Shown here piece after piece: positions 38,141 through 48,557 of a DNA stretch of 48,557 nt. The stretch comes from Octopus bimaculoides (taxonomy: Eukaryota): NCBI RefSeq assembly GCF_001194135.2, contig NC_068987.1, positions 51,107,467-51,156,023 on the forward strand, read 5' to 3'. The notes beneath the pieces were generated by a model, which saw only the letters and a program-made list of their open reading frames with translations, was not told the DNA's origin and made no database searches. The translations under genes and the position numbers were made by a program. Every line of letters starts with the position of its first letter. Positions within the stretch are counted from its first letter, which is position 1.

Positions 38141-39436
38141 ACGCTGCTAGAAGGCGTTTAACTGGCAGCAGTAGGTCATCGAAATAAAAAAAAAACAACG
38201 TTGTGTTTGGCACTTCCAGCTTTTTTTGAAATGGGTTTAAGTCTCAAAAAATTAGCTTCTCTTTCCAACCCTTCAGAATCGATATTATAAAGTACTAGTG
38301 AAATATTAGGATCGATGCAAGAGACTAATACCGAAGACTAATACTGACACATCTGGACATGTGCTTAAATTAGGAACTATTGTTAATGTTGCTATGGGGC
38401 AGATGGCCACAACTGTGTCTGTGTATGTGAAGCAATATATATCAAAAGAAATTTCTTTGGTCCTGTACCTCTTGTTCCAGTTTCGCTGTTAATGGTTAGT
38501 TGAAAAGAATCTCAGGATTCATTTTTATTATTTTCACATATTTTTATAAGTGTCTCTTGATTAACCATTTGGGATAAATTCTGTGAATGCATTTATCTAC
38601 GTACATGATTTTGACTAGGAGAAATATTTAGTAGAAAATCGGAGAGTGGTATTTCTGGACGTGAACATCTTTTCAAAAGCTATTAACTGCATGAACTGCA
38701 GCACTCTGGAACGGCTTCAATGGCGCATAAATGAATTGAAGCATAAATGAAGCGAAATGGCATCGGCGAATATTTAAACAATTTCACGTTCTCAGCTTGC
38801 CGGCAGCTTAACTCTTCTTGGCGCCTATGATCTTCAGTGATATTCAATGTCTATATTAGAATATGTGTATTTCAACATGCGATATCAATAAAATGTTACA
38901 TGCGAAGTGATACACTTTCATATTTGAACCGTATATATTGCCAACCACTCACTCCATTGAGAAGACAACGCTTGCATGTATTTCAGGAAGATTATAGCCA
39001 ATGAATATTTTAAAAAGCGAACACCCATACACGTATAACATTTCATCCTTGAAGGTTTAACAACTACAGATTCATCAATTCCATTAGTGTACAGAATTTC
39101 CATTAGTCGGTTTCCTTGTCACACACAAATAGAATTTCAAACGTCAAGTGATATAGAAAAAGAAACGGCAATGACATGAGGAGACAAGAAGGTTGACAAC
39201 AAAAACAACAGAAATAATAAACGATAAATTAATGCACCGGCACGTCCCAACCTCGCGGACGAATGGACTAAAACAGTATAGAAGCATATTTTTATAATGG
39301 ATTAGAAATAAAGTAAAAGAATTAATTCCGGGATAAAATTAAAACCAGATTAGGGGCAAAACGAGTATCGTTAAGCCAGACAAAACAAAGAACGTTTTTT
39401 TGCGAGATAGATAAAGTTATACACCACTGGTTTATA

Positions 39437-39505
<69 letters not shown>

Positions 39506-41195
39506 ACTCACTTTATAGTAAATTTTGTATTATTAACTTGAATTGTACAGAATACTGTATTATACCTTATCGAATGTCGTATAGTTCTGTGTAATGTTCA
39601 ACGTTAATGAACACATCGATAAGTCTACGCTAAATTACTCCAGAGTTTTAGTGACAGGTATTTCTTATATGGATTTTGCCTGTATTTTGGTCAGTTCTAT
39701 TCTGCCATCACTTTAGTTAGAGGATTTATCTCTGAAAGACGTTATTTAAAAGTGAATATGTTATGGAGATATATACTAGGCAGAAGATAGACATTTCTTC
39801 TCATCAAATTCTCCTAAATTAGTCGGATTAATGGATTATTATGGTGGACTTTCAAATTGTTTTAGTGATTATTGTAATCTTAATTATCACAAATTCTACA
39901 CATTTGTTACGAAGATTTTCAACTTCAGTAGTCAAAAACACCAACACTAAGTTGGAGCTATATAATTACTTAAATCCTGATAATGCTGAATATGTAACTA
40001 CATGACTAATAAAGTTTATAAATCTCATAAGTGATAAGCCAAAATCATTTGTTAAGATACATTGTCTTGTACTATGTCGTATAAATGCATTACCCAAACT
40101 GAATGACGCTCTGTCTCCAACGCTTGAATATTGTTCAGGCGAAGATTTCAAGTGTACAGTTAACTACAATATAAACTAAAGGGAAACTCATCATCACTGA
40201 CAGGTTAAAAGTTTTCTTTCTAAAGCAGAAACAAGGAGAAACAGTTAACGATTTAATACTAAGGCATGCTTATTTAGGAAACATCTCATGACTTCCTGCT
40301 AAACACACATCGGAGAACTTGCTAATGATTTTTGCTGCCAGCTTCTTTGTGTGAATTCTGTGCAATCAAAGATCACCCAGAAGCACAACACGTGAAATTG
40401 ATTTTTTATTTACGGAAACAGTTATGAGTAAGCAAAAATTCCAACTCGTCACTGACTTTCGTCTAAATAATCCACCTGAAACCTTATCCAAACGTTGAGT
40501 AGGCGAGTATTTGGTTAACTAATACAGATAAGAAGTATGCAGAAGTATGTATGCTATTAATAAAGAGATACTGCAGAAAACTACCGAACAAATATCTGAG
40601 AAATGATATATTTCAAATAGAATTATACATCTCCCGTAGACTGAGTGGGAATAAGTATTCCGACGGATGAAACCAAAACATTATATAGTCTAAGAATGAT
40701 TTTTAAAGCGAAAGGAAAGAATGAGAAATATCTTGGATTGTTGTATTTTATCACCTTGCTATGGCAAAATTTCAAGATATACTTCTGCTGTATCACTTCT
40801 TTTAGAGAGATTTAAAAATTATAACATTTTTACTTTTGAAAATCGGTAAATGTGTTTCACTCAATATATATAATAAAACTTTCGAACAGAGGTTAACAGC
40901 GACTCCTGCTGGACTTGGCTGCTCCACATTGATAAGGGGCAACTTCCCCGACACCGGTCTGTGGAAGCCAAGCCAGTAAGAGGAAGTTGATGACCTCTCT
41001 TATTCGAAGGTTTATGGATGTAGATTTGTGTCATATAGCTATCTAGAGGCGATCGCTTCTCGCAGCTAATCGACAGTAGCATTCGTCCTATTTCTCTGGA
41101 CTGTCACATTAGTTTGGCAATAAATATTAATACTCAGCATCGCTGCTGTATCTCTCCTTTAGAGAAATTTAGAAATTATAACGCACACACGCACA

Positions 41196-41241
<46 letters not shown>

Positions 41242-41289
41242 TTCAGTAAATCATAAATCCGAAAGAGAAGCATTTTCTAAGCTATAAAG

Positions 41290-42111
41290 CAGTAGACTAA
41301 ATACAGATAGTTAAAACCGGTTTATGGGGTTACCCTCAGTTTTACGTCTATAAAGCGCCTAGCTTTACAGCAGACAAAAGAGAAGGGTTACACATAAGGG
41401 ATTTTCTCTCAGTAACTGGCCTGATCGACTGGTACGTTCCAGGACAACAGTAGGAATGTTCTGTAGTGCAAGGGGTGTCGAAGGCTTCCGTCGAGGAGTT
41501 TAAGATGTTCCCCGGTTCGAAGGAGTTCTTTAATATTCTCCCCCGTTCACCTATGCACAGTTTGCAACGCTTGCTCCTATTGATGTAGGGGCCTGTTTTT
41601 TTTCTGGGATCTTCCATTAGATTACTTGTGGAGTACCTTCATCCTTCAGGCGCTCCACATGGCTGGCCAAGGACGTGGCGTATACCCTCTTCGGGATGCT
41701 GAATGAGATCTCTCGTTGTAGAGGCGCTCCTTGAAGGTGTTTCTGGAACATCCGCTGTATCTTCGTATACAGCTGCTGGCGAAAATGCGTTGAACCGGGG
41801 AACATTTAAATTCCAGAACGGAAGTTTTCAGATCATGCTTATACTTCAGGAGGTTCCTACTGTCGTCCTGGGACTCACAAGACAATCAGCCCAGTTATGG
41901 ATAGCATTCTTAGGGAGACAATTGCTTGCACTTAAACCTCCTTTGTCTATGTGTCCAACAACTAGCCAAAATGTTTTTTTGCTTTTCATTTTCAAGAGAG
42001 GTTACAGACCACCGACTCTTACGGCCTGAAGAAACGCTGTAAAGCTAGGCGCTTTATGGACGTGAAATCCAAGCTAACACTATAGACCGGCCTTAACTAT
42101 CTTTATCTACT
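41290..42111 (-). mobile_element. PLE endonuclease fragment bracketed by inverted pLTR-type tails
   Basis: Minus strand: YSGCSRNTFKERLYNE, YATSLASHVERLKDEG and PYINRSKRCKLCIGE..ILNSSTE (GIY-YIG C-terminal half). About 41291-41371 and 42036-42111 are inverted copies (gctgtaaagctaggcgcttta...). Confidence 0.8.
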
Positions 42112-43565
42112 AAAATTTTTTGTAGAGTATATATATGCGGTCATCCTCCGGTAAAACCGAAGAACTTTCATTAAAAGATTTAAATCTACAGAGAACCGCC
42201 GAAGTTAGAGTGAAATATTGTATTATGCATACTGTTTCTTAGAAACATAATGGGATTCCGTCCATCTGGATACAGGAACACGAGCGTAAATACATAGTCA
42301 GAGGAGTGATCATGTAACTTCGAGTGGTCACTGAACAAACAATATAACCAGCAAGAAAATTCAGACCAAACTTATTCGCCAATTAAGAATATTATATTTT
42401 AATTTGACTATCAACGTGTCAATATATCTCTAGCTAACCGTTTATCTCCAACTACATGGATAAGCCTTTCAACCTATCAAAAAACATGAACGACAACAGC
42501 GCATCCACCAACTAGGCCAATCTGAAGCCATTTTGGATAACTAAGTTTATCCAACTATAATATCCATCCATCCATCCATCCATCCATCCATCCATCTATC
42601 TATCTATGATATACCAGTATATTTATTTTTCTACCTTTCTATCTATCTAGTCTGTCAACATATAATAAATAGAACTTTACAAACAACTAAACACTTATTG
42701 TTTGTTGAATGTAATACTGTTATAGCGAATATACTTTAAAAACATCATGATATTGCGATATTCTTCTTGTGAAAGGATTGTATACAGACGTCTAGTGCTA
42801 AAAGCAAACACATTTTAATAGCTGACAAAACATGTCCAACACCATCGGGAACTGCTACTTCGAGTGATTTCTGCGTGTTTATATAACCTTAGCAGTAGCT
42901 ATGCACTCTTCGTCTTGAGAACGCGTCTCGTATAGTGATAAGCACCTATGGACATCTTTACCGCTACGGGCATTTCTGTGCTTTTGGCACTGTACAAGAG
43001 GCATTCTGCGGGCGAATACAGATGTATGTAAGGCATACAGATTGCAATTCGGTACTAATACTGCTTCTGTCGCTAAATGATGTACTTTTAACGTTATGTA
43101 AACCTGGCAGATTTTATGTTTTGATAACTAATATAATGTTTTATATGTTTGTCTCTATTGTTCTATAGTTAGCACATCCTTACATTTTTTTCCAACAGAA
43201 CGTCGCGCTATAAGAAATTTTTATATCATAAAATCCTACTATAATAGGTACTCCGTATTTATTATATACCAGATAATTTGTTCCAAGCTTTCTAATTCAT
43301 CGGGATATTGTGGCAGCGTTTCGTGAAGTTTCTGTAGGTACTTGAATACATAAACAAACACGCGTGTGCGCACACCCACATCCACATCTGAATCTATTCT
43401 TCTTCTTAGGAACATCGATCCTTGAAGCAGATAAGCTACAAATAAGAGTGCCGTACGAATAATGGTTTAAAAAATAATGTGGGTAGACAAAGGATCCTGT
43501 CCGGCTTATGTGGCTCACGATACGAGTTCAAAAATGAATCATGTCACGTCTCTTGACGTCAACAA

Positions 43566-43566
<1 letters not shown>

Positions 43567-43628
<62 letters not shown>
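43567..43628. repeat. (TCTA)n microsatellite
   Basis: Directly visible; abuts the 5' side of the ORF1 element. Confidence 0.95.
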
Positions 43629-43629
43629 T

Positions 43630-45500
43630 GTTGTGAAAGGATTCTCACCACCCCCTCATGACTGAAAGTGGACTAGTTGAAACCGGTATTTTCCTGTTCG
43701 ATTCAATCATTTTTGATCCCTGTTGAACGCGAGTCACATTGTTGATTATTTGTTGAAGTCTCCCCTCGTGGGTGTACTTACGATTGTTGATTGTTGAAAT
43801 TACCGTTACTGTTGTTTGCATACGATATTGTTAAATTGTGTTTGTTTTCGTGCAATTCATGGGCGAGATGGAACAAGTACCAGTAAAAAACCGCAGTTAT
43901 GCGGTAGCAACTGGCAGAGGAGTGGACTCTGAAGCCTTAGAGGTTCGTGAGGTGAAGATAGAACCGAAGAAGCTGAATGAGAGTGATAATTTGCTGAAAA
44001 GAGAAGGCAATACGTTGAATTAACCAGAATATGTAATAGTGAAGGTGTCATCGAGAAAAATCGAAATTGCAACTATCGAAGCTATTGAAGATTGTTTAAA
44101 AGAAATTAAGAAGTTCACTACTTTTATCCCGAGAGGAAGAAAGTATGGCTCAGTGGACGTGCGATTCGCGACTGAAGACGAAGCGATACAATACTCCACT
44201 GTAGCCATAAAGATGGAAGAATGGGTACTTTTGCTAACATACTGTGGCAAGCGTGTTGCCAGGGTGAGATTAGGAAAAGTACCTCTGGAATCAAATGAAA
44301 CATAGTTGGTAGCAGCCATAATGTTTAACATAACATGGAGGAAGCCTCCAAAATACTTAAAGTGACGAGAACCAAAAGGTTAAATTGTGGGGTTATGGCC
44401 ATACAAGCGAGTTTAAGTGACCTAAACAGGATTGCAGAGGAAATAGTTTTACCCGAAGAATTGAGGCTGAGAGTGGTAATGGAGTGTAGGTCTCCCATAT
44501 GCTACTTATGTGCCCCCAGAGAGAAAAGAAGGAACAACAGATTGAACAGTCTGAGGATCAGGATAGGGTGGACGAAGTGGTGCAGGATGATGTGGAAGAG
44601 ACGGCAATAACAGAGGAAGAATTCACAGTAGTTAAAAAGCGAAAAAGAAAAGAAAGAGTAAGCTCTCCGCCGGAGAAGCAGAAAAAGAAAAAAGTAGATG
44701 AGGTTGAGAAGGAGGTCGAGAAGGAGGTCGAGAATGTGGTTGAGAAGGAGGTTGAGAAGGAGCCCGAGGAAGAGCTCGAGGAGGAGATTGAGAAAGAGGA
44801 GACAGTAGCAAGGGTACTAGCTATACCAGCGGAGGAGGAAGATTTAGGCAGTATAGAAAGACAACAGCATGAAAGTGAAACAGCGAGACTAACCAAAGTA
44901 GAGGAGGATAAAGAGAGAGAGAGAAGGTGCCAAGATTGGAACAAGGAAAAGGTAAACAAGTGAGAAAGCCGAAAAAGCACAGGTGGAATTTCGTTACATA
45001 TGCTAAGAACACATCAACTGAAAGAAAGATAAGGAAGTTCAAATCTATTATAAGGGTTAAGTTGGCTAAGGATATTTACTCGGAAAATGTGATTGCTATT
45101 GTAATTGATAAAGATAAATATAACAGGTTAAAGAAAATGTGTGGAAGTGACATTGATCCGTCGGGAGTTGTGGTGGAGGTTGACGAACTGCCGCCAGTGG
45201 TGGAAATAAAAGAACTGGAACCATTTACGAGATATTAAAAAAAGTAAGTAAAATTGTTTCGTAAAAAAACGATGATTATTTAAAAAACAAAGGAAAAAAG
45301 AAATGATTATAAACTGTGCGTAAAAATGTTCAAATGGTACTGCATGAGAGTGGGGTTCATGCAGATATTTCATTTTCATTATTATATTACATCTTTCTCA
45401 CTTTCATTCGTTGTGTGCTTTTTGTCCCCACTGTGTTGTTCTGTCTGTCCTTGTGCTGTCACATCCGTGTAAAAGCCTGAGTGCTTAAATAAAGAAAACA
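43630..45500 (+). mobile_element. Tx1/L1-type ORF1-only non-autonomous element, copy 1 (disrupted ORF ~43859-45238)
   Basis: RRM-like region RGRKYGSVDVRFATEDEA...YCGKRVARVRLGKVP, partly deleted CCHC (CYLC..CPQ), Glu/Lys-rich tract, then a T-rich 3' region ending AATAAAGAAAACA. No APE or RT motifs found between ORF1 and this end. Confidence 0.7.
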
Positions 45501-46690
45501 GTTGAAAGCGGTATTTTCCTGTTCGGGTTAATCGTTTTTGATCCGTTAAACGTGAGTTGCCTAGTTAATTATTCTTTGAAGGTCTCCTGTAAGGGTGAAC
45601 CTAATTGTTTAACCTCATTGTTGAATTGTTAGATGCTGTTGTTGCAGTGATTTTATAATTGTTTTCGTCTCCATTTATGGGTGAAGTAGAGAAATAAGGA
45701 TGGATGGGAAGCGAACCAGTTCCAGCCGGCAGCTATGCTTCAGCCACTGAAAGAAGTTTAGCTGCAGACGTACTACAGGTTCGAGAGGTGAAAATGGAGC
45801 AAAAATGTTAAAGGAGTTCAACAGACGTATCGAGAAGGAAGGAGCCAGTTTGAGGTTGACACCACCGGAAAATTTGACAGCGAGCATAACGAAGCGGACA
45901 GTGGTATATAGAAAGTTGTCCACGAAAACGAAAAGAAAAAAAAGGGCTACGGTGGAGGCCATAGAAGAATATTTGAAGGATGTTAAAAGCCTCACATCAT
46001 TCTACACCAGAGGGAAAAGATACGGCATAGTGGAGGTAAGGTTCGCTAGCGAATAAGAAGCGATAAACCACTCCACTGCAGCGGCAAGGGCACTAGAGTG
46101 GTTACTTCTGCCAACTTACTGCTTCAAACGAGTGGCCAGGGTCAAGATTGGCAGAGTACCCCCAGAGATTGAGGAGCTGTGGCTGGTAGCAGTAATTGTG
46201 TATAATGTGGAGGAAGACGCAAAAGTTTTAAAAATAACAAGGACGACAGAGGTGAACTGATGGAGATACGGCCTCGAAGTAGCCATCCAGATCAGTATCC
46301 AAGACTTGCACAAGATAGCGGAGGAGGTGATACTGTTAGAGGATTTGAAACTGAGAGTGGTGGTGGAGGGAAGACCTCCAGCGTGCACCAGTGTGGAATA
46401 AGGGGACACATGAGATCAAGATGTCCCCAGAAACACGATAAAGCATAGAGGAATAGAAGCAGCAAGGTACCAACCGGGAGCAGGGTGACAAAGTGGCGGC
46501 CGCAGTGAGTGAGAATGTTCGGAGAAGGTGGAGGAGGAATATACGGTCGTACATTAAAAAAAAGAACAGGAAGGAAGGCGTTGACTCACCGCCAAAGGGT
46601 CCGTTAAGGAAAAGGAAGGAAAAAAAACAGAAGAGGCACAGCAGGAGAGAAGGAAAACGTAACTAAAAAAGAACGGGAAAATGAATGGAA
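45501..46690 (+). mobile_element. Tx1/L1-type ORF1 element, copy 2 (3' part missing)
   Basis: 5' UTR homologous to copy 1 (gttgaaa.cggtattttcctgttcg). Translation RGKRYGIVEVRFASE*EA...YCFKRVARVKIGRVPPE...VVVEGRPP and zinc knuckle (C)HQCGIRGHMRSRCP across a frameshift. Confidence 0.75.
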
Positions 46691-47136
46691 TATAGTGACA
46701 CATGCGAAAAACTATATCGAAATGTTTACTTCGTTAATACTATTCTTACTCCCAAATTGTGCATCTCTTGCCATAACATTATTTTGACGACGAGATATTC
46801 GAGCCTGTGCTGGAGAGATCGTTGTTTGAACATAGAAGAGTTATTAGCATCGGTAATTCAATTACAGAAACATCAACAACAGCATCGACAATAGTTTCAA
46901 CAGCAGCAACAATAGCAGTTGTTGGAATTGCAGAAGCAATAACAACTGTGAATTCAATTGATACAGAACAAAACAGAAAATACATCAAGTTCGTCCATCC
47001 CTGACACGGTCAAAAACTCCATTGGAGAATTCGTATATAACCCAAAAGAGGAAACTAACTTTCGTGCTTACTTTAAAAGGGATGAGGAAATTTTTAGATA
47101 AGAATGTTCTGGCTGACAAGACGAAACAAAAGACAG

Positions 47137-47532
47137 GACACCCACAAGTCATATCAACTAATTCATCAATTGTTGGACGACGGTCCTCCAAGATCAGTTC
47201 ACGTATTTTCTTAATGTTTTCAGTCGTTCGAGAGGTCGACAGTCCCCTTGAGCGAGGCTGGTCTTCAAGCGACAAGGGAACATTCCTAAAGCGTGAAAAC
47301 AACTCGTAAAATTGTGTTTTGCTCATGGCAGCGTCCTACTAATCTGTCCCATCGCAAACATTGAGGATCAGGGGAGAAGGACTGAAAAACAAAGACGGGC
47401 CACCTGGTATAACGACTATGTATCGACGACGCCGGTCGGCAAACTGACGCTGCAGGGTTGCATGAAATGGCTTCTAGCGGCGGAAGCTCGAACCACAGAA
47501 CGTTTCCAGTTATTTTTGGGCACCCCCTCGTA
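47137..47532 (-). mobile_element. Mariner-type DNA transposon 5' fragment (left TIR plus transposase HTH region)
   Basis: TA-CGAGGGGGTGCCCAAAAATAAC terminus at 47532-47508. MSKTQFYELFSRFRNVPLSLEDQPRSRGLSTSRTTENIKKIRELILEDRRPTIDEL matches the mariner F.W..RF..G..SLED..RSGRP..S motif. No DDD domain or right TIR seen. Confidence 0.85.
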
Positions 47533-48349
47533 TACGTAATTATGCACATCTAGTATGTTTATATACACAAATAGGCATGAATGTACGTATTCATGTAAAA
47601 ATATCATACACAGAAAGTAGATTGAAAATGAGAAAGAACACGAGACCTTATTGAGGAATTACTCTCTGAAAAAGATTGTTTTTCTTCAATATGAAACAGC
47701 ATCAATTTAAAACAATGAATACCCAAACATTCCTCGTTAATCACCAGAGTCTATATTAAAATCTAAGACCAGCCTCTCTAATATAAGATTAGTTAATATA
47801 CACAACGCCCAGAAGCGATACAGAACATTCTCAAAAATCAATGAAAATCATTGTTCGCAACTCCGAAAGCAAAAATATGAAATGTGTTTTGCAATTTTCT
47901 TTTGTTAGACGAAAAGCAATACAATAAACGCTATTGCTTCACGCATCACCGAGAAGTATTTAGTTTACTCCATAATTACGCTTAATATGAAATTGGCTCT
48001 AGGATGTTGTTATCATTCCCACTACTGTTAAAATTCATGCAATGATGTTTCTAGCAAAATGTTGGCACATGTGTTTGAGTGCGGGCGCGTCTGTCGATGT
48101 GTATGCATTCGTGAACGTGTGAGTAAAAAGTTAAGAGGATGGAGAGAAGACGATGAGAGAAATAAAGAGAAAGACATGGTATTGTATGCGCGCGCGCATA
48201 TGTAAGTGTGTTCGCGTGCGTGAGTGAAATGTTACTGGAAAACATACAAAAGAACTGAAAGTCATTATTTGCACATTAATTCAGGAAGGTAAGAATCAGA
48301 GATAATTATGGAAATTATTATAATAGTGTTTTTATGTTATCTCAAACAT

Positions 48350-48505
48350 AGGCGTTGGCGTGGCTTTATGGCCAAGAAGTTCGTTTCGCAACCAACAGGT
48401 TTCCATTCAGTCTAACAGCGCGTTTCCCTGGCCAAGTGACTTCTGTTCTCATCCTCCCTGACCAAATTTATGCGAGTGAAATTGGCAGGAAGAAACGGTG
48501 CGAAA
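48350..48505 (+). mobile_element. Diverged SINE 5' part
   Basis: aggcgttggcgtggct..aagaagttcg..cctggccaagtgacttct..tgaccaaatttatgcgagtgaaattggcagg is colinear with ~8520-8670. Confidence 0.5.
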
Positions 48506-48524
48506 TATATATCTATGTATGTAT

Positions 48525-48557
<33 letters not shown>

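Noticed and set aside
41052-41062. ATCGCTTCTCG, identical to the U2 snRNA 5' end
   Set aside because: Only 11 nt match and the downstream sequence diverges from U2.
44558-44980. Ser/Thr/Phe-rich 140-aa ORF on the minus strand
   Set aside because: Antisense shadow of the Glu/Lys-rich ORF1 tract.

Overview
AT-rich, microsatellite-dense, gapped animal genomic DNA with no recognisable intact host gene. The SINE families and repeat style look like those of Octopus/cephalopod assemblies; this is recalled resemblance, not a search result. N gaps lie at about 709-1069, 4447-4456, 4872-5509, 7557-8435, 17168-17177, 20044-20358, 24625-25001 and 34422-34431. The window is mostly decayed mobile elements: several Penelope-like element (PLE) remnants, tRNA-derived SINEs, R4/Dong-, CR1/L2- and Tx1/L1-type LINE fragments, a mariner fragment and MITEs. 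Main signals: (1) repeated head-to-head inverted PLE-type tails carrying hammerhead-ribozyme (HHR)-like cores, including a tRNA-headed SINE-like element with such a tail (4457-4830); (2) two diverged Tx1/L1-type ORF1-only units joined head-to-tail at the same 5' boundary (43630-46690); (3) a fold-back element enclosing opposed degenerate TTAGGG arrays (33937-35345); (4) a GC-rich ~128-nt hairpin between 40-bp direct repeats (40785-41182). Most ORFs in the supplied track are microsatellite or N-gap artefacts. All alignments and foldings were done by eye.
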